A stretch of DNA of 38,721 nucleotides from a virus (taxonomy: Duplodnaviria; Caudoviricetes): positions 1-38,721 of IMG/VR virus record IMGVR_UViG_3300031957_003826. The stretch is one strand, 5' to 3'. The stretch's first letter is position 1. Each line of letters starts with the position of its first letter. Below the pieces are notes generated by a model. That model did no database searches. It was not told where the DNA came from and saw only the letters and a list, made by a program, of their open reading frames with translations. This document shows positions 24,941-33,893 of the stretch, in pieces. Position numbers and translations under genes: made by a program.

Positions 24941-26941
24941 TCAGAACTCCATCATGCGGCGCAGGGCGGCACGGATCACACCGCCGCCGATCAGCGAATT
25001 GGGGTTGGGGTGGATGCCGTCTGCGGCCATGCCGGGAAATTCGGCGTTGGCATTGGCGTAGAGAGAAGGATTGATCTCAGGGCCGCCGAACTGACCGACG
25101 CCGCGCTGAAACAGCGGCTGCGTGTCTACAAAGGCATGCATCTCGTCGATCGCCAGCTTACGAAGCACCGCCGCGTAATCGGCGGCAGGAACGGTGTTGG
25201 TGTCGGCCGGAGTCTCCGGTGCTGCGATCAGCATGGTATCGATGCCGGGGCGCGCGGCGCGGGCGGCGTCGGCGATCTTCTTGACATTGGCCTTCAGCGC
25301 TGCCGCCGATCCGCCGGACTGGCCATCGTTGGTACCGAGCAAAATGCCCAGGAAGTGAAGGCCCAGCGCCGACACCGCGCCTGCGGCCCATGTCGCGCCG
25401 TTCATTCCCGACCAGTGCGTGGATGTCGATCCGGAAGCGCCGAGCTTGTGGACAACGACGCCAGAGACGTTCTCGACAGTGAAGCTCACGCCCGAGAGCG
25501 AGACCGAACCGGAAACGACCGCGACCCGCAGCGTGCCCGCAGAAGCTGGAACACCCGCAAGCGCGATGCGCTGCGGCCCGGCAGCCAGGCCGATATTGGC
25601 CGACCAGGTGACGCCCAGGTCCCAGGAGTACCGGATCACACCGGTCCCGTCGCTGTCGGCGAAAAGCTGTGCGCTGTCGTGGCCTGCAAGCATCCACCAC
25701 TGAACGAAGTCACCCGCCGTCGCAGAGGTGATCCGGGCAATCTGGGGGGCGTTGTTGGACCCGTTGCGCGGATCGCAGGTCCAGGCTCCCTGAACGCGCG
25801 GGGCATAGACCTTGCTGCCGCCACCGTGCTCGGCTTCGGTATTGGCACGGGGCAGCGCGCAGGAATTCGTGACGCCGTTGCCAGGTTGCGCGCCGCCCAG
25901 CACGTAATTTCCGCTGCCCGCGCCGTACCAGGCGCACCCGGTATAGCCTTGACCACCGAAGCCGTATTTGTCGTGCATCTTGCGCGTGAAGGAACTGAGC
26001 CAGAAGTTCTCGCCCTCGATGTAGCTGTCTCCGCCGAAGCCGATGGCCAGCTTGGTAACGGTTGCGGCATAGGTCCGGCAGTCGAGTGCCTCGAACCGGG
26101 CATGGCACTGACGCAGAAGGTCCCGGCCCCAACAGGGGCCGCGCGGATCGCCGTAGTCGTTGAGGGTCGATGCGATCCGTTCGGCTGCATCGGGGCGGGT
26201 ACCCGCCATTTCGCCGACGACGGCCGCGCCGCCGAAGAAAGACGTAGCGGTGCCGATGGCATTATTCGGATCGAGGATTGCCCAGTCCTCGAAACCGGGA
26301 TCGTCGACGCTCTCCCAGACGCTGGAGATCAGCGGATCGTCGCCCCCCTCCGAAGTGACCGGTTCGATGCGGAGATACCCGATGCCGCGATCTGGATCGA
26401 GCGCCGGTATCCAGCCCGGAGCATTTCCCAGATCGTCGTCGATCGTCTCGAAGTACTCGTTGTCCCAGCCGTCTGCGATCGCATCGGTGCTCTCGGAAAT
26501 CGCATCGAGCTGCAACGCCACCTCTCCCGCCCACTGCTGCGCGCTTTTGGTGCCGAGGCCGCCGGGCTCATTGCCGGAAGCCCATGCCTGGGATGTTGCC
26601 GCCCAGTTCAAAGCCTCCTGCCGCACCGCCTTGGCAAGCTGCTCGAACTGCAGCCATTCGCCCGCACCGCTGGCCCCCGTCTTGCGGTACCAGCCGCATT
26701 TCAGCGGTTCGGGATCGTTGTCGACCAGGGCGACGGTGTCTGCATCGTGCGCAAGGTCCGCCTGCAGCAGCGCCTCGCTGGACTTCACCAGCCCGGCGGC
26801 GATCAGCTTGGCAAGCACCAGGTCGTAGGGCACGCGCTGCAGCGGTCCGCCTTCCTGCTGCATGAAGACGAAGGCGTTCGCCGGTACCGCGTTGGCGACT
26901 GCCACCTGGTCGGGGCTGACGGTCTGGAGTTCGTCGCTCAC
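24941..26941 (-). CDS. SGNH/GDSL hydrolase with a fibre-like N-terminus (possible virion esterase/tailspike)
   Basis: Blocks GGDSY, LGASGS, LGTND, DGIHPN; N-terminal ALVDNDP...GWYRKTGASGAGEW; GTG at 26941. Confidence 0.85.
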   Translation of the reverse strand: MSDELQTVSPDQVAVANAVPANAFVFMQQEGGPLQRVPYDLVLAKLIAAGLVKSSEALLQADLAHDADTVALVDNDPEPLKCGWYRKTGASGAGEWLQFEQLAKAVRQEALNWAATSQAWASGNEPGGLGTKSAQQWAGEVALQLDAISESTDAIADGWDNEYFETIDDDLGNAPGWIPALDPDRGIGYLRIEPVTSEGGDDPLISSVWESVDDPGFEDWAILDPNNAIGTATSFFGGAAVVGEMAGTRPDAAERIASTLNDYGDPRGPCWGRDLLRQCHARFEALDCRTYAATVTKLAIGFGGDSYIEGENFWLSSFTRKMHDKYGFGGQGYTGCAWYGAGSGNYVLGGAQPGNGVTNSCALPRANTEAEHGGGSKVYAPRVQGAWTCDPRNGSNNAPQIARITSATAGDFVQWWMLAGHDSAQLFADSDGTGVIRYSWDLGVTWSANIGLAAGPQRIALAGVPASAGTLRVAVVSGSVSLSGVSFTVENVSGVVVHKLGASGSTSTHWSGMNGATWAAGAVSALGLHFLGILLGTNDGQSGGSAAALKANVKKIADAARAARPGIDTMLIAAPETPADTNTVPAADYAAVLRKLAIDEMHAFVDTQPLFQRGVGQFGGPEINPSLYANANAEFPGMAADGIHPNPNSLIGGGVIRAALRRMMEF

Positions 26942-27246
26942 CGGCACGCCTCCTGCGCGTCGGCCAGCCGGTCCCACAGGGATGAAGCCCAGGCGAGCAC
27001 GTCGCCGAGCCACGTCATGCCCGAAGCGTTCCCTTCGATCAGCGCGTCGTCGGGCACGGCCGGGCGCGCGGCCACGTCCGCCTCGATCTCGGGCGGGCAG
27101 TACAGCCGGACCTCGACCTGGCGCTCGACGACCGGCGCGGGCGGTGTGCGGGGCGCGTCAGTCCGCGAGGCGGCGCAGGCAGGCAGCATCGCAAGCGATG
27201 CGGCCCCCAGCGCCGCGCGGAGCAGCGTCGATGATCTGCTGCGCAT
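26938..27246 (-). CDS. o-spanin (Rz1-like lipoprotein)
   Basis: Signal peptide with lipobox LPAC, Pro-rich, overlaps the i-spanin end. Confidence 0.75.
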   Translation of the reverse strand: MRSRSSTLLRAALGAASLAMLPACAASRTDAPRTPPAPVVERQVEVRLYCPPEIEADVAARPAVPDDALIEGNASGMTWLGDVLAWASSLWDRLADAQEACR

Positions 27247-27679
27247 TGTCCCTCCTGGCCTGTTCGGTGCGGCCGCGCGCCTCGGCGCGCGCCACGGCGG
27301 CAGCAGCGCCCCCGCGCGCCTCCGCGAGTTCGGTTTCGAGCGCCTGCACGTCGGCGGTCAGCGCGTCGCTCTGCGCGATCAGCCGCAGCGTGCCGGGGCC
27401 GCAGGCCTGCCGTGCGGTGAAGCGCGTCTCGCCGCGCAGTTCGGGCAGCAGCGCGCCTTCGCAGACGATGGTCCGGCGATCGGCGGCGATCCGGGCGGCG
27501 ATGTCCGCGCTGCACCCGGCCAGCGGCCTGTCCGCGCTCGCCGCCGCCGCCTCGCAGGCGCGTGCCGCGTCGGCGAGAGCCTTCTGCTCGAACCGGTCGA
27601 ACGCCAGCCACAGAATCGCCGCGATCAGCGCCGCGCCCAGGCCCAGCCCGGCCATCCGTGCGAGCGACAGCCAGCTCAC
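27158..27679 (-). CDS. i-spanin (Rz-like)
   Basis: GTG at 27679; N-terminal TM, then Ala-rich coiled coil and C-terminal CDAAC; follows the endolysin. Confidence 0.75.
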   Translation of the reverse strand: MSWLSLARMAGLGLGAALIAAILWLAFDRFEQKALADAARACEAAAASADRPLAGCSADIAARIAADRRTIVCEGALLPELRGETRFTARQACGPGTLRLIAQSDALTADVQALETELAEARGGAAAAVARAEARGRTEQARRDNAQQIIDAAPRGAGGRIACDAACLRRLAD

Positions 27680-28341
27680 GCCTCGCGCCCCAGCCGCTCG
27701 GCGCGTGCCAGCCAGCCGCGCAGGTATTTCTTCTGGGCAGGATAGCGACGGACGATCGCGCGGTAGCGCTCGCGCGCCGCTTCGCGGAAGTTCTCGACCA
27801 GGGCATCCTTCCCGAACGCGGGATGGCGCAGAACCCAGATCAGCGCGCTGCGGGTCTTGTCGCCGATCGCCCCGTCGACCTTCAGCTGCGCGGGAGCATT
27901 GCTCGCTGGCAGTTTCGTCAGCGCCTCGATCAGCGACTGGTTCACCGCGCGCTGCAGCAGCTTGCCCGCCGTGGCGCGACCCCCGTTCACGCCCTGGTCG
28001 AACAGCATCTCGCCGATCGGCGCGGGAAAGGTCTCGCAGCCCATCGGCTTCCAGAAGCACCGCAGGTAGAGATAGCGCGCGTCGCCGATCGTCAGCTTGC
28101 GGATGTCCGCGCCGTCGATGTCGCCATCCATGTCCAGGTCGAAGTCGGCGATCCCGTCGCCGTCATCGTCGAACGCGCCTTCGGAGGCGAGGAAGCGCAG
28201 CGAGATGCCGTATTTCGTGGTGCCGCCGCGATCAACCGGATCGTCGGACAGGTCGCCTTCGTTGCCGTGAAGCGCGCGGAACGCCTTGGCGTAGCGCTCC
28301 GAATAGGCCTGGACGATGATGGGATCGGGTGCCGGTTCCAT
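27676..28341 (-). CDS. Endolysin, glycoside hydrolase family 108 with a C-terminal peptidoglycan-binding domain
   Basis: NEGDLSDDPVDRGGTTKYGIS, LFDQGVNGG, LLQRAVN, LKVDGAIGDKT, KYLRGWLAR. Confidence 0.92.
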   Translation of the reverse strand: MEPAPDPIIVQAYSERYAKAFRALHGNEGDLSDDPVDRGGTTKYGISLRFLASEGAFDDDGDGIADFDLDMDGDIDGADIRKLTIGDARYLYLRCFWKPMGCETFPAPIGEMLFDQGVNGGRATAGKLLQRAVNQSLIEALTKLPASNAPAQLKVDGAIGDKTRSALIWVLRHPAFGKDALVENFREAARERYRAIVRRYPAQKKYLRGWLARAERLGREA

Positions 28342-28347
28342 GCCCCG

Positions 28348-28393
28348 GCGATAGGGGGAAACGCGCCTCGCCCGTTATATCCGCAGGCGGATA
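28348..28393 (-). promoter_or_regulatory. Putative activator-dependent late promoter of the lysis/packaging operon
   Basis: Second copy of the 20-bp box (28374-28393), directly downstream of the Mor/C-like gene; TATCGC at -12 from the endolysin ATG. Confidence 0.75.
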
Positions 28394-28401
28394 GAGCCGC
28401 C

Positions 28402-28791
28402 TCAGAACAGCGAGGGCTGGTTCGCCTCGGCCTGCGCTTCGCGGTGCCGCTTCAGAATCGCGAACACCCTTGGTTGGCGGATTTTGAGCTGGCGGGCAAT
28501 CTCCCGCTTGGTGACGCCCTGCGCCGCGAGCTGCACGACGCGGCGCTCGATCACGACCTTGCTGGGCATGGCGACCGTCTCGCCGCCGAAGACGCCGCAC
28601 AGCTTCGCGGCCAGCTCGTCGCCGATCGCGGCGGCGACGCCCGGCTCGGTCGCCGGGTCCTTGGGGATGTAGACCTGCTCGCCCAGGAACTCGGCCGCGA
28701 GCGCGAACGCTGCCTCCTCGCCGATCACTTCGGCAAGGTCGTCGAGCACCCGCGATCCGGTCCTCGGCGGCAAGGCAGCGCCTTCGGTCAT
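28402..28791 (-). CDS. Mor/C-family late transcription activator
   Basis: LAEVIGEEAAFALAAEFLGEQVYIP, FGGETVAMP, C-terminal HTH (TKREIARQLKIRQPRVFAIL); last gene before lysis. Confidence 0.85.
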   Translation of the reverse strand: MTEGAALPPRTGSRVLDDLAEVIGEEAAFALAAEFLGEQVYIPKDPATEPGVAAAIGDELAAKLCGVFGGETVAMPSKVVIERRVVQLAAQGVTKREIARQLKIRQPRVFAILKRHREAQAEANQPSLF

Positions 28792-28970
28792 GCGAAGGCG
28801 GCGACGGCCAGCGCGATGGCGATGATCCAGAAGCCCGCGAGAGCGGCGGCGATGCGCTGCCAGGCGATCGCGCGGCGGCGCGTGCGGTCGCCGCCCACCA
28901 CCGGCAGCGCCTCGCTTTCCAGCGTCGGCTCGAAGCGGCTGCGGCGGGTGTAGTGGTGGGATGTGCGCAT
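28788..28970 (-). CDS. Small membrane-anchored hypothetical protein
   Basis: 60 aa with a C-terminal TM; coupled at both ends. Confidence 0.6.
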   Translation of the reverse strand: MRTSHHYTRRSRFEPTLESEALPVVGGDRTRRRAIAWQRIAAALAGFWIIAIALAVAAFA

Positions 28971-29677
28971 CAGGCTTCCTCCCCGCCCGGCCCGAGCGCC
29001 TCGCGCAGCCGCTTGCCGAGCGCGGCGGCGAGCTGCGCGAACTGCTCGGCGGTGCACGGACGCTCGCCGATCGTCTCGATGCCGCACAGCCGGAAGGCGG
29101 TGTCCTCCAGCGTCCAGTGATCGGGGATCGCACCCGCCTCGGCCAGCCGCCGCACGATCGCCAGGCACAGCCCTTCCTGCAGCAGGTACGGGCTCAGCGG
29201 CTTGCCCGCGCCGTTCGTCTGTGCCCAGCCGTGGCGCTCGGCCATGACCTTTAGCGCCTCGATCAGCTTGTAGGCGTCCGACTGTCGCGCCCAGACCAGC
29301 CGCTCGCACTTCAGCTGCCGCTTGGCGAAGGCTTCCAGCGCCGGTTCGCCGGGATTGCGCACCACGCCCAGGTGATGGAGCGAGATCCACAGCGCCCGCG
29401 CCTTGCGCGCCATCGGATGTTGCGCCGGGCGGGGCTGACCCGGTCGCGGCAGCGGCCGGAAGCCCTTGTGCTTGAGCGCATCGACCATTGCCGCAAGCTG
29501 GGCGTCGTCGCACTGGCGCAGCGAGATTTGCCCCGTAGTCTCGAACAGTAGCGCGCGGTAGTCGTCCTCGACCATCCCGAGCTGGCTGCGCCCGATATTG
29601 ATCTTGGCGATCAGCGAGCGGCGGTTCTGTGCCGACCGGTCGAACCGGGCGGGCACGGCAGCTTGGGCGTTACCCAT
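28970..29677 (-). CDS. gemA: GemA / Mu gp16 family protein
   Basis: LIAKINIGRSQLGMVEDDYRALL...TGQISL...KGF, KARALWISLHHLG, ALEAFAKRQ, KLIEALK. Confidence 0.9.
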   Translation of the reverse strand: MGNAQAAVPARFDRSAQNRRSLIAKINIGRSQLGMVEDDYRALLFETTGQISLRQCDDAQLAAMVDALKHKGFRPLPRPGQPRPAQHPMARKARALWISLHHLGVVRNPGEPALEAFAKRQLKCERLVWARQSDAYKLIEALKVMAERHGWAQTNGAGKPLSPYLLQEGLCLAIVRRLAEAGAIPDHWTLEDTAFRLCGIETIGERPCTAEQFAQLAAALGKRLREALGPGGEEA

Positions 29678-29834
29678 GGAAACCTCCGATGAAGTCGGCA
29701 CCGAGTGCGCCGATCAGGATGGCGGAAAGGGTGAGGAGAAGCGCGCCGATCAGGTCCGACCGGTCGTCGGCGGCGCTCTTCTCGCGGCGATACTGGGCGT
29801 AGACCGCCAGCCAGAAGCGGATGTGCGTCTTCAT
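29670..29834 (-). CDS. Small membrane hypothetical protein
   Basis: 54 aa from ATG 29834 (ATGA with the MuB stop); C-terminal TM. Confidence 0.55.
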   Translation of the reverse strand: MKTHIRFWLAVYAQYRREKSAADDRSDLIGALLLTLSAILIGALGADFIGGFHG

Positions 29835-30793
29835 GCCGCGATCGTCCGTGACGACAGCTGCGCCCAGGCATCCTGCATGTGATCGAGGCCGAGCGGGTTC
29901 TTCTCGCTGGCCGCGATCATCCAGGCGAGTTCGAGCATCATAGTCGCGCCGCGCAGACCGCCCGGCATCGCCGAAACCTTGCGGATTTGGGCTATCTCGG
30001 CGGCGCTGGTTACGCCCCACGCGATCGCCAGCGCGTCGGCATCCGTCTGCAGCGGCAGCTGGCGCACGACCTTCATGGACACGCGGCTGTAGAGCTGTGC
30101 GAACGCTGCCTTGCGTGCGCCGCCGTCGAGCCGCTGCATCACGCCGACGTTCCCGAACAGCGCAATGCCGACACGGACGGCATCGTGCCAGCTGCGGATT
30201 TCCTCAACCGCCTTCTCGGAAAGGTGCTGCGCCTCGTCGATGATGATCAGCGGGTTGCGCAGGTCGCGGACCTTGTCGCGAATCATGCGCGAGAGCTTCT
30301 GCGGTGTCCCGACAGCGTCCGGATGACCGAGCGCCGCCAGCACTTCCATCTGCATGTTGGCCACGCCCGCCGTGCTCGGAGCCATCGTCGCGAGAAACAC
30401 GTTGCTGTGGCAGGCTGCGAAGTTGCGCGCGGTCTTCGTCTTCCCGAGACCGGGACCCATCGCCGCGACCACGATCCGGCCGCTCTGTGCCCATGTGAGG
30501 ATGTGCGTCAATTCGACGCTTGTCTGGGTGTCGAAGTACTCCGGGACATCTGGTGCCTCGATCGCGATTGAGGCTTGCTGCATCAGTGTCTGCCGGTAGC
30601 GGTAGATGCGCTCGGCCACCTTGGCGTTGTCGCCCTTGTAGCCGTTGGCACTGCCGAACTGGCTGATCGTGCCTGCCGGGATGCCCATGCGCCCGGCGAT
30701 CTGCGACCAGCTCGATCCCGTTGCGGCGCGGTGATCGATCAGCCAGGTGCGCTGCTCCTCGATGTCGATGGGCTGTTTGCTGGGGTCGTTCAT
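29831..30793 (-). CDS. MuB-like AAA+ transposition ATPase
   Basis: N-terminal HTH, Walker A GPGLGKT, Walker B IIIDEAQHL, AQLYSRV; AAGGAG before ATG 30793. Confidence 0.95.
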   Translation of the reverse strand: MNDPSKQPIDIEEQRTWLIDHRAATGSSWSQIAGRMGIPAGTISQFGSANGYKGDNAKVAERIYRYRQTLMQQASIAIEAPDVPEYFDTQTSVELTHILTWAQSGRIVVAAMGPGLGKTKTARNFAACHSNVFLATMAPSTAGVANMQMEVLAALGHPDAVGTPQKLSRMIRDKVRDLRNPLIIIDEAQHLSEKAVEEIRSWHDAVRVGIALFGNVGVMQRLDGGARKAAFAQLYSRVSMKVVRQLPLQTDADALAIAWGVTSAAEIAQIRKVSAMPGGLRGATMMLELAWMIAASEKNPLGLDHMQDAWAQLSSRTIAA

Positions 30794-30824
30794 GATATGC
30801 GCTCCTTGTCCTCGTTGTTGGGAC

Positions 30825-30864
30825 CGGTGCGCGGGGACGGTTTTCCAGGCAGTCCCGCGCACCG
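30825..30864 (-). other. Strong intergenic stem-loop between MuA and MuB
   Basis: CGGTGCGCGGG(G)AC / GTCCCGCGCACCG, 13 bp with one bulge and no U-tract. Confidence 0.6.
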
Positions 30865-30865
30865 C

Positions 30866-32851
30866 TTACTCTCCGACGATCCTCAGGTGGCTGAGGGCGC
30901 GGAAAATCTTCTCTTCGTGCTTGCGATGCTCGTTCTCGCGCGGCGCAGGGCTCGGCGCGGGCTTGAGCGCCGCCGCCGTCTGCCCGCGATGCCGTACCGG
31001 CCGGATTACCGTCGCTTCGGGAACTTCCGTCTTGGGCGCGTCCGCCTGCAGTGCCGCCACCTGCTCGGCGGCGAGCAGCTGCTCGGCATCCGCCGCACCG
31101 CGAATCCGCTTGCGGTAATCCGCCCAGCGCTTCGCCGCCGCCTTGGCCGATGCCGCGTCGAGGAAGCCCGTGTCGGCGATCAGGTCGGCGCTGGTCAGGT
31201 AGCGCCCGTCCAGCCCGTAGATGTGCACGGCGCGCATCAGGTCGTCGGGATCGAAGCGCACCGTCACCTTGCGGCCGTGCAGCTCGCCGCATTCCGGTGC
31301 CCAGTAGCGGTTGCCGTAAAGCTCGATCTCGCCGGTGCGCCGGTCCACCGTCTTCTGGTCGGCCGCGAGCAGCGCCATGCGCAGCTGCTCGGGTGTGGCC
31401 TTGCCGATGGCAGCCTGCGCGTAGCTTTCGGTGAACACGTCGTCGAAGCTGCGCCCGCGCGCGATCTCGGTCCGGCGTCCCTGCTTGGCGTTGTGCGCCG
31501 CCATTCCGCGATCGACATGGCCGAGGAACTCGGTCCATTCGATCGCGCGGCTGCCGTAGTTCTCGGGCTTCGCGGTCGGGTTGTTGCCGGTGTAGGCGCC
31601 TTCCATCGCCGGGTGCTTCGCGATCGTGTCGCACAGGTCGCGGAAGCCGCGCTCGATCGGCTTGGACTGGCCGCGATAGGGCAGCGCCCAGTGGATGCCG
31701 ATGCCGAGCGCGGTGAGCAGGCCGGTCGGCTCCTCCTCGCGAATCTTGAACCGGAAGCGCGATTTCGCCCCGCCCGTGATCCACTTCGATGCCCAGGCGC
31801 GCCCGTTGTCGAGCACGCAATGCTTCGGAATGCCGAAGGTCTCGAACAGGTCGGCGAAGCACAGACGGGCCTGCACCGCGCTTTCCTCGCCGCCGATCCG
31901 CCAGGCGAGGAACTTGCGGCTGTAGACGTCCTGGATCGCCACCATGATCGGGCGGATCACCCGGCCGTCCGGCGTTTTCACGAAGACGTCGAACTTGTGC
32001 CCGTCGACGTTCACGCATTCCATGGCGTGCATGCCCGCCACCGTGCGGCGCTGCGACGGGATCGAGCGGCGCAGCGCCTCCTCGCCCTGCCGCTGCAGGA
32101 TCATCACCGCCTTGGGCACTTCGCGCTCCAGGCGGCGTCTCATCGTCCTCTCCGAAGGCAGGGAGAGGCCTCTTTCGGCCGCCATGGCGCAGACGCGGTC
32201 GTAGCAGCTGGTCAGCGTCGCGCCCGAAGGCCGCAGCACGTCGCTCTTGAACACGCTCCACAGCATCGGATCGATGTCCGCTTCCGCGCCGCCGCCCTTG
32301 CGCCGGGGCGCGAGCGCCGGAAGCCGACTTTCCCGAGCCACGCCTTTAATCTTGTCCAGCCAACTCCACATTGTTGAGCTCCCTATGGAATGGCGCTGTG
32401 CGACCTCGGACACAGCAGCCGATCGTGTGAGGCCCGAGCCCTCCAAAAGATCGATCTCGTTCACCGCCGCGAGCCTCCGCTCCGCCTCCGCCTTGACCTT
32501 GCCGGTCTGGGCTTCGAACCAGCGCCAGGCTTCGGATTCGGGGCTGATCGGCTCGGCTTCGGCGGCGGCGAGCATCCCGCGCCGCTCCAGCTCCACGCGG
32601 GCCGGGCCGGGCAGCAGCGAGACGTGGTATTGCACGCCGCCCCCTCTTCCCTTGCTGGCGCGCACCAGCGGCGCACCGCTCGAATCGCGGCGCATCCGCC
32701 AGCGTTCATCGTCGGCGCGGCGGTTGATCGAGCGCTTGTCCGCAGGCAGGCCGGGCAGGCCCAGCTCCGCCAGTTCGGACGGCGTGAACCATTCGCGATC
32801 CGCGTCGCTGCAGGGCATCCGGCATGTGTCATTTTCGGCGCGAATGGCCAT
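30866..32851 (-). CDS. MuA-like DDE transposase
   Basis: N-terminal Mu DNA-binding domain (EWFTPSELAELGLPGLP); catalytic VDGHKFDV, LDNGRAW, SKPIERGFRD; Mu C-terminal domain (VRFDPDDL). Confidence 0.96.
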   Translation of the reverse strand: MAIRAENDTCRMPCSDADREWFTPSELAELGLPGLPADKRSINRRADDERWRMRRDSSGAPLVRASKGRGGGVQYHVSLLPGPARVELERRGMLAAAEAEPISPESEAWRWFEAQTGKVKAEAERRLAAVNEIDLLEGSGLTRSAAVSEVAQRHSIGSSTMWSWLDKIKGVARESRLPALAPRRKGGGAEADIDPMLWSVFKSDVLRPSGATLTSCYDRVCAMAAERGLSLPSERTMRRRLEREVPKAVMILQRQGEEALRRSIPSQRRTVAGMHAMECVNVDGHKFDVFVKTPDGRVIRPIMVAIQDVYSRKFLAWRIGGEESAVQARLCFADLFETFGIPKHCVLDNGRAWASKWITGGAKSRFRFKIREEEPTGLLTALGIGIHWALPYRGQSKPIERGFRDLCDTIAKHPAMEGAYTGNNPTAKPENYGSRAIEWTEFLGHVDRGMAAHNAKQGRRTEIARGRSFDDVFTESYAQAAIGKATPEQLRMALLAADQKTVDRRTGEIELYGNRYWAPECGELHGRKVTVRFDPDDLMRAVHIYGLDGRYLTSADLIADTGFLDAASAKAAAKRWADYRKRIRGAADAEQLLAAEQVAALQADAPKTEVPEATVIRPVRHRGQTAAALKPAPSPAPRENEHRKHEEKIFRALSHLRIVGE

Positions 32852-33305
32852 CAATCCCCCCGCTGCGGATAAGAGGCGCAGATCCCGCAATCCGCTTCCT
32901 CTCGGCTTTCAGTTGTTCGATCTGCCGCTCGATGTGGCCTATGCGAGCCGTGTGGACTTCCTCGCCGACCAGCAGCGCCGCGCCGATCTCGCGCACCAGC
33001 GGATCGAGCAGGTCGTGCCGCCCGGTCACCGCGACGAGCGCCAGCAGGCGGCTGACCGGCACCTTGTGGCCGTCGCGCGCGGGGCTGGCGTAGGCGTCGA
33101 GCATCGCCCGGCTCACATCCTCGTCCAGGATCACGCTGATCTCGGCGGCGATGACTTCACGCGGGCGTTCGTCGCTGTTGAGCATCGATCCGACCATGCG
33201 GTTGACGCGCTGCTCCAGCCCCGCGAGCGCCGCCGCACCGCGCGGTGCGTTGGGAACCTCGAACAGGAAGGCGAGCTGGTCGGGGTGCGTCTTAGCCTTG
33301 GGCAT
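32829..33305 (-). CDS. Conserved pre-transposase regulatory-like protein
   Basis: GGGGAG before ATG 33305; REVIAAEIS...VSRAMLDAYASPAR...H pattern seen upstream of MuA in Mu-like phages. Confidence 0.7.
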   Translation of the reverse strand: MPKAKTHPDQLAFLFEVPNAPRGAAALAGLEQRVNRMVGSMLNSDERPREVIAAEISVILDEDVSRAMLDAYASPARDGHKVPVSRLLALVAVTGRHDLLDPLVREIGAALLVGEEVHTARIGHIERQIEQLKAERKRIAGSAPLIRSGGIDGHSRRK

Positions 33306-33561
33306 GACTCCCCTCGGCTTGCAGGCCTTTGCCTTGCGTTTGGTTCTGGACATCCTCTCGGCCCTGCTTTTGTTTTTGGGCGTGGTAGTGCGTGGGCTCC
33401 GCTTCGAGCGGGACGCCGCTGCCGAAGGCCCAGCCTTCGCCGTTCCAGCGCACCAGCGCGAACAGGCCTCCGCCGAACACCAGCTGGTGCTGGCCGTCAC
33501 GCGCGGCGTCGTCGATCGGCCGCAGGGCGATGCAGGCGGGAATGGCCGAGCGCCCGGTCAC
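33292..33561 (-). CDS. Hypothetical protein
   Basis: GTGA coupling at 33561; LRPIDDAARDG...VRWNGEGW...EPTHY. Confidence 0.55.
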   Translation of the reverse strand: MTGRSAIPACIALRPIDDAARDGQHQLVFGGGLFALVRWNGEGWAFGSGVPLEAEPTHYHAQKQKQGREDVQNQTQGKGLQAEGSHAQG

Positions 33562-33893
33562 GGCGTCACCTCGAATCCCAGGCGCTCGGCGTGCGCGATC
33601 ACCTCTTCGGCGAACATCGGCTCGCGCTTCCCGCTGACCCAGTAGCGCCGCACCAGCGCCTCGCGGTCGCAGGGAGAAACGAGCACGCACCGGGCCTTGA
33701 GAAAGGCCTGCGCCTGCAGGAATCTGGCGCGCCGCGCTTCGGTCGGCGTCGGCGGCAGCGCGGCACGCGCGGCACTGCTGCGCACGCCCAGGGCGATGCG
33801 CGGCGATGGGGACGCAGCGCGCACCGAAGCGGCACAGGCCTTGCGGATTTTGTCGAGGCACTCTTCGAGTTCGCAGGAAGACAGATCGCTCAC
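33558..33893 (-). CDS. Hypothetical protein
   Basis: GTGA coupling at both ends; RRYWVSGKR...EVIAHAERLGF. Confidence 0.6.
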   Translation of the reverse strand: MSDLSSCELEECLDKIRKACAASVRAASPSPRIALGVRSSAARAALPPTPTEARRARFLQAQAFLKARCVLVSPCDREALVRRYWVSGKREPMFAEEVIAHAERLGFEVTP

